Shown here: one piece after another, positions 1 through 9,953 of the stretch
Numbering within the stretch: position 1 is the stretch's first letter
Layout: every line of letters starts with the position of its first letter
Source of the DNA: an uncultured Pseudomonadota bacterium
Lineage (GTDB): Bacteria; Vulcanimicrobiota; Vulcanimicrobiia; Eremiobacterales; Eremiobacteraceae
Direction of reading: 5' to 3'
Length of the DNA stretch: 64,000 nucleotides
Assembly: GCA_963736005.1 (NCBI GenBank)
Contig: CAVTNB010000001.1
Span: 1,280,001 to 1,344,000 of the forward strand
Notes under the pieces: model-generated
Database searches by the model: none
Told to the model about the DNA's origin: nothing
The model's input: the letters and a program-made list of their open reading frames with translations, nothing else
Position numbers and translations under genes: made by a program

Positions 1-86
1 CTGTACTACGTTCGACGGTGCTTTGCGGTTTGCAAAGCGGACATCAGTCTGGATGTGGTACGGCCGGCGAACGCGAAGAATGGTCG

Positions 87-644
87 ATGGCCAAGCGTAA
101 ATGGGAAATTCTCTCCTCTGAATACGTGCTCGAGTCACCCTGGTACCGCCTGCGGCGTGATGCATGTCGCTTGCCGGATGGGTCGGTCGTCGAATCCTAC
201 TACGTTCGCGAGCATGCGGGGTTTTCGGTGACGTTTGCCATCACACCAGACGAGCGCGTCGTGTTTACGCGTCAATACAAACACGGTATCGGAGATTTTG
301 TGCTCGAGCTGCCCGCGGGCATGCTCGAACCCGGTGAAGATTCGCTTGCGTGCGCACGGCGCGAACTCGAAGAAGAAACGGGCTACGTTGCGGGCGATTT
401 CGAACGCATCGCGGAGTTTGAGACCGACCCCACGAGTTCAACCGGGCGCTTCACCCTCTTCATAGCACACGACGCAAAACCAGAGGGACACGCTGCGCCC
501 GAGGCGACAGAACAGGTCGACACGGTGCTCGTCCCAACAAAAGATGTCTTACATCAAGTTCGAGAGCGGCACGTGCGAGCCCAGAGCCAGGTCGCATCCA
601 TTTACACCGCGCTCGATCATTTGGGTCTGCTTACCCAGAAATAA
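87..644 (+). CDS. NUDIX hydrolase (ADP-ribose pyrophosphatase-like)
   Basis: Nudix box GMLEPGEDSLACARRELEEETGY and RQYKH-G--LELPAG. Likely start is ATG 87 (MAKRKW). Confidence 0.9.
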   Translation: MAKRKWEILSSEYVLESPWYRLRRDACRLPDGSVVESYYVREHAGFSVTFAITPDERVVFTRQYKHGIGDFVLELPAGMLEPGEDSLACARRELEEETGYVAGDFERIAEFETDPTSSTGRFTLFIAHDAKPEGHAAPEATEQVDTVLVPTKDVLHQVRERHVRAQSQVASIYTALDHLGLLTQK

Positions 645-1596
645 GTTCGCAGTATGTTGTTAGATCGATGTTGCCACCGGAAACGATCGCGACCACCGGT
701 CCCTGCCCAGCTTTCCCAGCAAGCGCAGCGGCAACCGAGAGCGCTCCGGCACCCTCAGCGACAACGCGTGCCTTTTGTGCCAACACCTTGATCGCATCTT
801 TGGTCTGCTCGAGCGACACCGTAAAGTACCCGTCGACGAGCGGACGCATCCGTTCCCACATGCGGGGAAACATGCTCTTGCCGCCTGCACCGTCCACGAA
901 GGATGCCTTCCAATCGTTGAAAACCTGGGCGCTTCCCCGGGCGGCGCTCAACGCCGCAGGTGCAGCCGTCTCCGGTTCCACGCCGTACACCTTGATAGCG
1001 GGCTTGAGTTCTTTGAGCGCGCTGCCGACGCCCGTAATAAGCCCTCCTCCCCCTATGGCAGCGAGCACTGCGACCGCGTCGGGCGCATCTTCGAGGATTT
1101 CGAGGCCCATCGTCGCGTGGCCGGCGATGAAGTTGTTGTCGTCAAACGGGTGAATGAAGGTTCCCTCGACTCCAGGGAATGAGCGCTCTTCGAGCGCTTT
1201 CCAGCACGCATCGTAGCTGGCCCGGACGACCTTGGCGCCAAGCGCTTCCATGCGCTCGAGCTTCGAGGTCGGCGCGGTTTCGATCGCAACGACCGTGCAT
1301 GGCACGGCCGCTTGCCGCGCCGCGTACGCTACACCTTGGCCTGCATTGCCGGCGCTAATCGTCCAGACTCCCCGCTTGCGCTCTCCCGCGCTGAGCAAGG
1401 CAACCGCATTCGCAGCGCCGCGCAACTTGTACGCATTGATAGGCTGGAGATTTTCCAGCTTGAGCCGTATGTCGGGATAGTCGGAGCCAAGCTCCAACCG
1501 CACGAGTGGCGTCCGCACGATCGTGCCTGCGATGCGTTCTCTTGCCGCCCTGATTTCCGAAAGTTCGATCGGTCGTACAGCTTGCGGAGCTTGCAT
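631..1596 (-). CDS. PLP-dependent threonine/serine dehydratase family protein
   Basis: LKLENLQPINAYKLRGA (PLP Lys), SAGNAGQG, IGGGGL, EGAGA, SGGNID. Confidence 0.9.
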   Translation of the reverse strand: MQAPQAVRPIELSEIRAARERIAGTIVRTPLVRLELGSDYPDIRLKLENLQPINAYKLRGAANAVALLSAGERKRGVWTISAGNAGQGVAYAARQAAVPCTVVAIETAPTSKLERMEALGAKVVRASYDACWKALEERSFPGVEGTFIHPFDDNNFIAGHATMGLEILEDAPDAVAVLAAIGGGGLITGVGSALKELKPAIKVYGVEPETAAPAALSAARGSAQVFNDWKASFVDGAGGKSMFPRMWERMRPLVDGYFTVSLEQTKDAIKVLAQKARVVAEGAGALSVAAALAGKAGQGPVVAIVSGGNIDLTTYCELISG

Positions 1597-1607
1597 CGGA
1601 GCCTTCC

Positions 1608-3125
1608 TTAGAGAGCAGAGTGGCGAACATCGCCGTCAACGACAGTCATCACGACTCGGATATCCTTAATCGAGGCCGCAGGAACGCGGTCCACCGGGCG
1701 CTCGAGTAGCGCGAAGTCTGCCAACATACCGGGCGCCAGCGTTCCGCAGCGATGCTCCATGAACGCCAACCTTGCTGCATCGCAAGTATAGCAACGCAAC
1801 ATTTCCTCGGCGCTCAAGCGTTCGGAGGCAACGTGGTGGTTGACGCCGCTATGAATGCCCAAGAGTGCGGAGAACGGCGTTACCGGACTGTCAGAGCCCG
1901 CACACACGGTACAGCCGCTACGCCGTGCAGAAGCAAGGCGATTCATCGTGCGTGCACGCTTTGCCCCGAGCCGTTGCTCGTACATGGCGCCCTCACCACC
2001 CCAGAGATAGTCGAAGGCAGGCTGCATCGAGAGCAAGATTCCCAAGCGCGCAGCGCGTTCGAGATGATCGGTTCGCGCGATTTCAAAATGATCGATGGAG
2101 GGTCGCAATCCTGCGAGCGATCCACGCTGGCTGGCAACGGTTTCCCAAGCAGCGATCGCTTGCTCGATGGCTTCGTCGCCAATAGCATGAACGCCAAGAG
2201 AGAGTCCGCTTTCCGCAGCTTCGCTGAACAAATCGACGAGCTGGGTGCGCTCGAGATAGAGGTATCCACGACCGCGCGCATCCTGATAGTCGTCTCTCAA
2301 AGCGGCGGTTCTCGAGCCGACGGACCCGTCAAGGAAGATGTCACCGCCGAACACGCGCCCGCCAAGCCGCTTTGCCTTCGCAACGCTTGTCGTGCACGAC
2401 TTCGAGATGACGCGCAAGGGTAGAACCGCATTGTCAATGTAGATTTCGGCGAGCTCTTCGTACGATGCGTCGCCTTCGATCACGTTGTGCACGGTCGTAA
2501 TGCCCGCGGCGAGCGCGGCTCCCGCGGCCGCGCGATCCGCACGCCGAAGTGCCGCGACAGGCAAGCGGCGCACGAAGTCGTACTGTGCGGCGTAGCTGAC
2601 AACTCCCGTGAGTTTTCCTGTCGGCTCCCCCAGCACATCCACTTCAACTTCCGGCTTGGTGAGATCGATGCTTAGGAGCTCGAGTGCAGCGGAGTTGGCC
2701 ACACACGAATGGCCATCGACCCTGCTGAGCAGCGTCGGTTTACCACCCGAGACCGCATCTAATTCCGTGCGAGTGGGCAGTCTGCTTTCCGCGAGATCGT
2801 TCTCCTCGAAGTTGCCCGCGTACACGAAGGGTTCCACGGCTGCGAGTTTGGCAACCCTCGCAAGCAACGACGGGATGTCGTTGCAGATTCCGAGATCGCG
2901 ATCGCCGCGAAGCAGACCGGTCGCTGTCAGGTGAACGTGGCAATCATGCAAGCCAGGCACAATCGACCCGCCGGCGCAGTCCACCACGTTCACCTCGCTC
3001 GAAAGCCCGGTCGGCCGTTCTGGCACTGCGCGTTCAACTACATCGTCGCGCACCAAGAGGCAGCGCGCTCGCGGCATGTTTGGATCGAGCGTGAGGATGT
3101 CCGCATTGACGTACAGTGTTTGCAC
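1608..3125 (-). CDS. Amidohydrolase (YtcJ-like, amidohydro_3)
   Basis: PGLHDCHVH, RVDGHS, FLDGSVGSRTA, VHAIGD, DHFE, GSDSPV motifs. Confidence 0.88.
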   Translation of the reverse strand: MQTLYVNADILTLDPNMPRARCLLVRDDVVERAVPERPTGLSSEVNVVDCAGGSIVPGLHDCHVHLTATGLLRGDRDLGICNDIPSLLARVAKLAAVEPFVYAGNFEENDLAESRLPTRTELDAVSGGKPTLLSRVDGHSCVANSAALELLSIDLTKPEVEVDVLGEPTGKLTGVVSYAAQYDFVRRLPVAALRRADRAAAGAALAAGITTVHNVIEGDASYEELAEIYIDNAVLPLRVISKSCTTSVAKAKRLGGRVFGGDIFLDGSVGSRTAALRDDYQDARGRGYLYLERTQLVDLFSEAAESGLSLGVHAIGDEAIEQAIAAWETVASQRGSLAGLRPSIDHFEIARTDHLERAARLGILLSMQPAFDYLWGGEGAMYEQRLGAKRARTMNRLASARRSGCTVCAGSDSPVTPFSALLGIHSGVNHHVASERLSAEEMLRCYTCDAARLAFMEHRCGTLAPGMLADFALLERPVDRVPAASIKDIRVVMTVVDGDVRHSAL

Positions 3126-3144
3126 GCGCGCCGCTTCCGCTAAT

Positions 3145-3169
3145 GTAGCAGCGGACCTTTAGGTCCGCT
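3145..3169 (+). repeat. GTAG-type REP palindrome, family A (GTAGCAGCGGACCTTTAGGTCCGCT)
   Basis: GTAG followed by an AGCGGACCT/AGGTCCGCT stem; related copies at 20333, 26303, 42727, 50608, 57369. Confidence 0.85.
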
Positions 3170-3181
3170 TCAGCGCCGTAA

Positions 3182-3211
3182 ATGCAACAGGGGCTCGCGC
3201 CCCTGTTGCAT
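3182..3211. terminator. Perfect 13 bp inverted repeat; probable terminator or other palindromic element
   Basis: ATGCAACAGGGGC-TCGC-GCCCCTGTTGCAT just downstream of the GlsB-family gene, with only short T runs. Confidence 0.5.
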
Positions 3212-3226
3212 GTTTTCGAGAGGGTT

Positions 3227-3484
3227 TTATTTCCTTGTGCCGCCGATCGCTCGCAAGATGAGTAGTAAGATGATAGCGCCCACAAATGCGACGAGAAGAC
3301 TTGGGAAGTTGATACCCGTAGCTCCCACATGACCAAACATGTTCCAAAGCCAACCGCCGAGAATGGCGCCTATGATGCCGATAATCATGTCTCCGAGAAT
3401 GCCGCCAGGACCTTCGCCTTTCACCACAAGCTTGGCGAGGAACCCAGCGATAATGCCGACGACGATCCACGCAATCCAACTCAT
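3227..3484 (-). CDS. GlsB/YeaQ/YmgE (transglycosylase-associated) membrane protein
   Basis: WIVVGIIAGFLAK..GG..GDMIIGIIGAILGG..AFVGAIILL pattern; GAGGAG RBS. Confidence 0.92.
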   Translation of the reverse strand: MSWIAWIVVGIIAGFLAKLVVKGEGPGGILGDMIIGIIGAILGGWLWNMFGHVGATGINFPSLLVAFVGAIILLLILRAIGGTRK

Positions 3485-3600
3485 GTATGTACTCCTCTAA
3501 CCGCAGAGCGCGGTCTATCAAGCAGTAGGTGTGGAGAACGTCCTGTGGTGGACGCGAAAAATCCTTGGGTGGGGCGGGACGCTCCCCCCGCCGCAGCCTA

Positions 3601-5241
3601 TTAGATCTCCCACTCCCACGTGTTCCAAAACGTCGTTACGGCATGGGCCGGTTTATAGTTTTTGAGGTCCGAGTTGACGATATCTTGCCTGCGCACGTAC
3701 CAGATAATAATGAACGGCACTTGTTCGTTAAGAATCCGCTGGATTTTGTCGTAGGCAACTTTGCGTTTGTCCTGGTCGTATTCCGTCATCGCGATGTTCT
3801 CAGCCGCATCAAGATCTTGGTTGCAGAAACGATACGTATTCTGGCCGTTCGGTGGCACTTGATTGCACATAAACAGCGTGGAGTCATCAGGATCGACGCC
3901 GTTGAGCCATGAGTAAAACCCAGTGTCATATTTGCCCGTTTGGAAGATACCACCGGCGGCATAACTTTCAAACAGGATGTTCGATTGATAGTTCTTGACG
4001 ACGCCTTCAACGCCGACTTCGTGCCACTCGCGTTGCACGACGAGCTCGACGTCGGCTGTTTCTGCAGATCCGGTCGTGCCGCTCATGCCCAGCGTCAAGC
4101 GCTGGCCGTTCTTGTAGCGATAGCCATCCGATCCCAGCTTCCAGCCGGCCTCGTCGAGCAACTTACCCGCCATCACGGGGTCGTGGGAGTACTGTTTGAG
4201 ATTGTCGGCGTGTGCCCAAAGGAATGATGGCTGATCGGAGTCGCCTTTCATGTAGGTGCCGTGGCTAACTGTATCGATGAGCTCTTGTTGATCGGTCGCA
4301 TAGGCGAGCGCCTGGCGGACGCGGACGTCGCTCAGAATCGGGTTGGTCAGATTGAGTCCTATTTGGCGATACTGAGTGAAGGGGGTGCGATAGATGCGGA
4401 CGCCCGAGATGAGAGCGTAGCTCGGAGCCTGCGACGCAGGCGCATTATACTCCATGTCCTTCTCATGCGTGCGAAGCTGCGTGAGGATGGTCGTTTCGTC
4501 GGGGATGACGTAATAATCCACTTCCTTAAGCTTCGGCGGACCACGCCAATAGGTGGGATTCGCCGTCATCTTCAGGATGACGCCGTTTTGCCACTCCTGT
4601 ACGATGAACGGACCGGTGCCAATCGGTTTGATATTGTATCCCGCGTGGTTGATATCCGGATATTGCGCGAGCAAATGCTTTGGGATGATTGGATATGCCG
4701 TCGAAGACATGGTGAAGAACGTGGCGACAAACGGTGCCCAGCGCTTCTTGAGATGGATGACAATCGTGTTATCATCCTTTTTGTCGATGCCACTGATGAG
4801 ATCGTAGCCGGTGCGCGTCTGTACATTGTTGCGCGGGTTCATCACAGCTTGCCACGTGAAGATGACGTCGTCTGCCGAGAACGGGGCACCATCTTGCCAC
4901 TTGACGCCTTTGCGCAGATGGTAGGTGATCGAAAGCCCATCCGAACTGATGCCGCCATTCTTAACCGTTGGCACTTCGGTCGCCAACTCCGGCACAAATT
5001 CGTCTTGATCGCTCCAGTTGAAGAGATACCCTGCCCAGAACATCGAGAGGTCGGTTTCGACTTGCTGCTCGCCCAGCAATGGATTGAGATTATCCGGGTT
5101 CGATACGCCAGCGATACGAAGCACGCCGTGGATGGTCCAGGGATTCCCATGTCCGAGGCCCGTGCTCGTGCCAACCTTGGTGCACGCAGCAGCCATCGCC
5201 GCGATTGCAACGATCAGTCCTATGCACAATGCTCGTTTCAT
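3601..5241 (-). CDS. Peptide/nickel ABC transporter substrate-binding lipoprotein (family 5)
   Basis: Lipobox-like AAAC, LRKGVKWQDGAPFSADDVIFT, PIGTGPF, DVRVRQAL. Confidence 0.92.
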   Translation of the reverse strand: MKRALCIGLIVAIAAMAAACTKVGTSTGLGHGNPWTIHGVLRIAGVSNPDNLNPLLGEQQVETDLSMFWAGYLFNWSDQDEFVPELATEVPTVKNGGISSDGLSITYHLRKGVKWQDGAPFSADDVIFTWQAVMNPRNNVQTRTGYDLISGIDKKDDNTIVIHLKKRWAPFVATFFTMSSTAYPIIPKHLLAQYPDINHAGYNIKPIGTGPFIVQEWQNGVILKMTANPTYWRGPPKLKEVDYYVIPDETTILTQLRTHEKDMEYNAPASQAPSYALISGVRIYRTPFTQYRQIGLNLTNPILSDVRVRQALAYATDQQELIDTVSHGTYMKGDSDQPSFLWAHADNLKQYSHDPVMAGKLLDEAGWKLGSDGYRYKNGQRLTLGMSGTTGSAETADVELVVQREWHEVGVEGVVKNYQSNILFESYAAGGIFQTGKYDTGFYSWLNGVDPDDSTLFMCNQVPPNGQNTYRFCNQDLDAAENIAMTEYDQDKRKVAYDKIQRILNEQVPFIIIWYVRRQDIVNSDLKNYKPAHAVTTFWNTWEWEI

Positions 5242-5999
5242 GGTGTACCTTTTCGGGTTTCCAGCTCGCGGCTCATGCGGCGATTAAGGATCCCGCCGAT
5301 GATAAACAACACTATCGCGCCGTAGAAGAGCGCGATAAACGTGGCATTCGGAGCTGGTGGATTCGCGATTGGGAGATAGGCAATCCACAGGGCAAAGCCG
5401 AGACTGCCCAGTTCGGTAAATAAACCAAACGCAGTGTTTGGGCGCTCTGTGCTTGCCGGAAGCTTAGCCGCACGCAGACGCGGTATGAGCCTTGGCACTG
5501 CCGCACAGTACCGGGCATATGCTTCACCGTGTGCTGCGCGCAGATATCCCTCCTCGAGGAAGATCAGGCGATAGACGAAGGCAAGGAGTAAGACAAAGAT
5601 CGTGACCATTGCCGCCGGTGGACCAATCGAACTAATGCCGATGGCTTGCAAAAGGTTGCCGAGGTACAGTGGGTTGCGCATGTAGCGGTAGGGGCCCGCT
5701 GCCGTCAGCGTGGCGGTTTCGATGCTGCCACTATAGACCACGCCCACCCGGTGATAGCTCGACCCCCACCACCGGAGAAGGAAACCTAAAAAGGTGAGGG
5801 CGGCGGCAATGGTGGCTGCGCCGCGAACTCCTGCATCGCCCCAGTGTCTGCCGATTAGAAGGTAGCTCGGCGTGCCCGTGCCTCCCAGGGCGCGATCGAT
5901 CAGATAACCGACAAAAAATCCGAAGAAATATATCGCGAACGCAATCCAAGCGCGGACGCGAAACTCCCACGGAGATGACCCTTGGTTCATTCCAAACAA
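5238..5999 (-). CDS. Isoprenylcysteine carboxyl-/phospholipid methyltransferase family membrane protein
   Basis: AGPYRYMRNPLYLG, EE..L...HGEAY.RYC..VPR motifs; multiple hydrophobic segments. Confidence 0.85.
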   Translation of the reverse strand: MFGMNQGSSPWEFRVRAWIAFAIYFFGFFVGYLIDRALGGTGTPSYLLIGRHWGDAGVRGAATIAAALTFLGFLLRWWGSSYHRVGVVYSGSIETATLTAAGPYRYMRNPLYLGNLLQAIGISSIGPPAAMVTIFVLLLAFVYRLIFLEEGYLRAAHGEAYARYCAAVPRLIPRLRAAKLPASTERPNTAFGLFTELGSLGFALWIAYLPIANPPAPNATFIALFYGAIVLFIIGGILNRRMSRELETRKGTP

Positions 6000-6027
6000 T
6001 TCCTAATGCAACAAAGACACGAGCCTA

Positions 6028-7209
6028 TCACTGCGCGGTGTTCGGGCCGGTGAGATGAGGTCGCGGGTGCGCACCCACGAATGACAGAGAGTCAAATCCA
6101 GTAACTACGAAGAGTAGATCACCTTTATTCAGCGCAACGTGGTCCTGGCCTTCGTAAATCAAGTACAGCGGGTGCGTGTACGGCGGGTTGTTCAACGTGA
6201 GTTCGGACGATGGAATCATGCGAGGTCCGTGGGGTCCTGCTTCTGTAAAGTGGATTGAGTGAAGATCCGACGTTATGCGCACGCGATATCGTTCGCCGTT
6301 TCCTACGTCATCGATCAGCAATGGATATGTCCCAGGTTGGAATCCGCTGATGGCGATCTTGTGCTGCGACGCAAAACTCAAGGTGAGCTGTCTGGCGCCT
6401 TTGGAAGTCGGCTTGCCTATCTGCACGCTATAGCGTGAGAACTCGATGACATACGTAGTATTCTTCTTCATCGCGGCGACGAGCAAATTGCTCGTCACGC
6501 TCGCCGGACTCACGAATTGCCCGGTCGCGGGCGGCGCTAGGTCTGGTGCGAATTCCTCCAGCTCCAGGAAATCGGGACTTGACGGTTGCGACGGGTTCTT
6601 CGTGTTAGGCTGCAGCTTATCGGCCCAGCGACGATATTGCCATTCTAGTTGATTGAGCGCTTTTGGGCCGCTGACAAATTGACCCGCGCTTACCTTGTTG
6701 AAGATCGCCGCGCGTCCACTGAGCCGTAGAGTTGGGTTGTTGAGGAGCGCCGCGTGCTCGATCGTCGTAATCGATGTGATATAGCATCCATTGTCCGAGA
6801 TATTCTGCGCGAATGCCGTTGGCGTATACGGCGTGGGTCCGATACTAAACTGAGGTTCCGACCAGATGATCTGACCGGCATTCGGTCCCGTCTTCACCAC
6901 ATATTTCGAAGCATACGCGACCAACGGTTTCATCAGGGCTCCATTTACTTGCGAGAGGAGCGGCATGTTGGCAACCATGCAATTCTCGAGCGCCGTCGTC
7001 GTGCAGTTCAGGTCGCCATAGTGTATCGGTCGACGCTCGTTCGACGTGTGCGGTGTCGCGAATCCCGTTTTTGTCGGCTCAAAGCGAATGGTAATACCTC
7101 TTTGGCTCACGGAAATGTCGACGCGGTCTGCCGAGGCCGATTGCTGACCGAGCGATCCGAGAACTAGCGCCAGCGAGAACGCAAAGATTCCCTTAGTCCT
7201 TCTAACCAC
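6028..7209 (-). CDS. Secreted hypothetical protein, possible C39-like cysteine peptidase
   Basis: Probable GTG start at 7209 after AAAGG; signal peptide ending SASA; GCYITS and HKIAISG..IDD resemble C39-like Cys/His/Asp motifs. Confidence 0.6.
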   Translation of the reverse strand: MVRRTKGIFAFSLALVLGSLGQQSASADRVDISVSQRGITIRFEPTKTGFATPHTSNERRPIHYGDLNCTTTALENCMVANMPLLSQVNGALMKPLVAYASKYVVKTGPNAGQIIWSEPQFSIGPTPYTPTAFAQNISDNGCYITSITTIEHAALLNNPTLRLSGRAAIFNKVSAGQFVSGPKALNQLEWQYRRWADKLQPNTKNPSQPSSPDFLELEEFAPDLAPPATGQFVSPASVTSNLLVAAMKKNTTYVIEFSRYSVQIGKPTSKGARQLTLSFASQHKIAISGFQPGTYPLLIDDVGNGERYRVRITSDLHSIHFTEAGPHGPRMIPSSELTLNNPPYTHPLYLIYEGQDHVALNKGDLLFVVTGFDSLSFVGAHPRPHLTGPNTAQ

Positions 7210-7356
7210 TGCCAGACGCCTTTCTGCTGGAGGGGCGTTCCACTTCAAAGCCGCGGGCAAGCCATAAAAAGCGATCCCGAGTGCAACTCGGCGTTCCACT
7301 AACCTCACCGCGCGTCCTCGATAGATAGAACTATTGGACTGTTTCGAGCAGAGCTG

Positions 7357-8064
7357 CTACTGAGTCGCTATCCGCGCCAAACTGGTATCATCAGAGATGA
7401 GAATATCACGGGTTCGGCGGTCGATCAACTTCTCGTCCCAAAAGCTATTTAACGTCCGATTTACGGTTTCGCGTGTGGTTCCGATCATGTTCGCCATCTG
7501 CTGATCCGTCAACCGGATGGTTAGGCGCGTGCCACCTTCCGTCTTTTCACCAAATCCCTGCTCAAGCCGTAGCAAGGTGCTCGCTAAGCGCGCGCGTACA
7601 TCCAGAGCACCGCGTACCAGAGTAGCGTTGGTAGAGCGGATGCGGTCGCATAACGAAGCCATCAACGCATGCGAGAGTTGCGGACGCCGTCCCAGCAACT
7701 CGACAAATCGCTCGCGTAACAGCACGGCGAACTCCGAGTCGCTCAGCGCTGTTACACTTGCCGAGCGTGGCGAGCGGTCGATCATCGCCATCTCGCCAAA
7801 AATATCGCCCACCTTGAGAATGCTCAGCAAACTCTCTTTGCCCCCTTCAGTCATGCAGCTAACGCCGACGTGGCCTTTTAGCACCACGTACAACCCGTCC
7901 GCATCATCACCTTCCTGGACAACCATCGCTGATTTTTTGTAGCGGCGCGGCACGAACGATTCAGCAACCGCCTCGAGGTCTCGATCTTCCAGGGCCGCAA
8001 ACAGCGACATACCTTTGAGAAATGCCGCTGAAATGCCGGCTGTTAGGCTAATCGCGTCCTTCAT
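7357..8064 (-). CDS. Crp/Fnr family transcriptional regulator
   Basis: cNMP-binding GDIFGEMA..PRSASV; HTH MANMIGTTRETVNRTL. Confidence 0.92.
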   Translation of the reverse strand: MKDAISLTAGISAAFLKGMSLFAALEDRDLEAVAESFVPRRYKKSAMVVQEGDDADGLYVVLKGHVGVSCMTEGGKESLLSILKVGDIFGEMAMIDRSPRSASVTALSDSEFAVLLRERFVELLGRRPQLSHALMASLCDRIRSTNATLVRGALDVRARLASTLLRLEQGFGEKTEGGTRLTIRLTDQQMANMIGTTRETVNRTLNSFWDEKLIDRRTRDILISDDTSLARIATQ

Positions 8065-8417
8065 TCGATTGCCTTCCTACCTGCGCGCGCTCGAGAAAAT
8101 ATGCAGCAAAGGCGAACCGGTACAGACCGTCGGGGAATTGTTTTTTCATTAGTGCGACGCGTGGGTCATGTGCCAGCTGCGCCTGCGCAACGCTCCAGCC
8201 GTCGCGAATTGCTTCGGCAACTGTTTTCACTTGAGACTCCCTGAATCAGAGAGAGCACGTGCTTCAGGTCTGCAATTACCGCTACCGCGTAATTTGGAGA
8301 CCTTGCCAGGCGCTCTCTAATGCGGAACCATCCGCCGATCAACTGTGCCGATACGATTGTAACGCGAGAGTGTCTCGGGGGTCGGAACTCTGTCGGCGAA
8401 AGCTGTGAATTTTGCAC
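8048..8417 (-). pseudogene. Possible frameshifted hypothetical (ORFs 8166-8417 and 8048-8230)
   Basis: Two overlapping protein-like frames that could join near 8240; no family recognised. Confidence 0.25.
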
Positions 8418-8492
8418 GAAGACAACAAGTGTGACGTGCGTCCGGAGCGGTTACATTCCGCCAAAGGCTTGTGCTAGCAACGAGAAAGATAA

Positions 8493-8524
8493 TAAGCCGA
8501 CGGTCAGAGTTGAAGTGACGACCC
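8493..8524 (-). repeat. att-like duplicate of the tRNA-Thr 3' end
   Basis: TAAGCCGACGGTCAGAGTTGAAGTGACGACCC matches 11170-11201 at 31/32 positions. Confidence 0.9.
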
Positions 8525-8623
8525 TCGAGTCCTGGCGATCTTTACTTGGTACTACTTGGGTGTTGACGACGTAGGGCCGGACCAATTCGCTACCTAACGG
8601 ATTGCTGCGGGAGGTGACACCGT

Positions 8624-8947
8624 ATGTCTCTTCGCGCATTCTTGCTTTGGATCGTCAGCCTCCTAGTTTTAGTCATAGTGGTCTTCCAATCAATTTCAGC
8701 CGACGTTGCAAAACCTGTGTTCACCTTTGACGGACGTTGATGGCAGAAATAGTCGCCCGAGACGAAAGAAATGGCGATTTTGAACATGATCGATGCAGTG
8801 CGGTACGGGTACCTCGGCGGATACGTACGTGGAGTTCAGGACGCCCTAGAACTCTCGCCGACTCAGAAGTCAGCTCCTCCTAGTCTTGCCGATACAATAC
8901 GTAATGTTGTGTCCGTTATGTCACAGCGACGCTCGCTGGCTTTTTAA
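8624..8947 (+). pseudogene. Interrupted small secreted-protein gene
   Basis: GGAGGT RBS and ATG 8624; signal-peptide-like MSLRAFLLWIVSLLVLVIVV; in-frame TGA 8738 and TAG 8750; frame then stays protein-like. Confidence 0.55.
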
Positions 8948-9761
8948 CAAGAATGGGTATCAGATTTTATCGTGTGGCGCCTGCCAGCACCGATTCGCTG
9001 CACTTGAATCACCGAATCGAATGAACCATGTCGCGAGCATCTATGGCGATCAGTACTTTTTTGGCGGTGGGGCCGGCTACCCTGATTATCTTGTGGAAGC
9101 GGAGAGTCTCCGCGACCGGGGGCGCCGCTACGGCCGTCTTTTGCGGCGATATAGGACATGTGGAGCTCTTCTCGATGTCGGCAGCGCAGCCGGTTTTATC
9201 CTTCAGGGCCTTTGTGACATCGGCTGGCACGGCGAAGGCATTGAACCAAATAATACCATGGCCGAGCATGCTAGGCGTGAGTTTGGGTTTCCGGTAAAGA
9301 CTTCACTGCTGGAAGAATTAGAAGACGTCGGTCGCTACGATGCGGTGACGATGATTCAAGTAATCGCTCATTTCGTAGATCCGAGCGACGCATTGCGGCG
9401 TGTCGCTCGCGCAACCAAAGTCGGTGGTTTATGTCTGATCGAAACCTGGAACTGGAGGAGCGTAACGGCGCGTATTTTCGGCAGAGCGTGGCACGAATAT
9501 AGCCCACCGAGCGTGGTCCATTGGTTTTCTCCGGAAAGACTAGTTCGTCTCGCCGCCGATCTCAACTACGAGATGGTGTCAACCGGCAAGGTCTCCAAAT
9601 GGATAGGGCGCCGCCATGCACAGTCTCTGATCAGACACGCGTTCGACAATTCGAGAATCGGTGACGCGCTGGCCAACGTGCTGAGTGTGATTCCCAGCAA
9701 TGTTGCTCTTCTCTATCCCGGAGATGATCTGTTTTGGATGTTGCTGCGCAAGCACCATTGA
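8904..9761 (+). CDS. Class I SAM-dependent methyltransferase with N-terminal Cys4 (Zn-ribbon-like) motif
   Basis: CPLC..CGAC; LLDVGSAAG; YDAVTMIQVIAHF.DP. Confidence 0.85.
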   Translation: MLCPLCHSDARWLFNKNGYQILSCGACQHRFAALESPNRMNHVASIYGDQYFFGGGAGYPDYLVEAESLRDRGRRYGRLLRRYRTCGALLDVGSAAGFILQGLCDIGWHGEGIEPNNTMAEHARREFGFPVKTSLLEELEDVGRYDAVTMIQVIAHFVDPSDALRRVARATKVGGLCLIETWNWRSVTARIFGRAWHEYSPPSVVHWFSPERLVRLAADLNYEMVSTGKVSKWIGRRHAQSLIRHAFDNSRIGDALANVLSVIPSNVALLYPGDDLFWMLLRKHH

Positions 9762-9953
9762 CGACCAATTTCAACAATGGAGAGCGTGTTGCCGGTAAAG
9801 TGCGTGCGGCCTTTCACTTCAGATAAGCTCGCAAAGTCGCCCCGCCACTTAATTCGGCTTGGCCTCACCGCTTTTTCGTTCCGTGGCGGCTGCTTCAGAC
9901 CAGCGTAGGTCAAAGTGCGCAGCTATAAGAATCCAACCATTCCGGAGGTGCGC

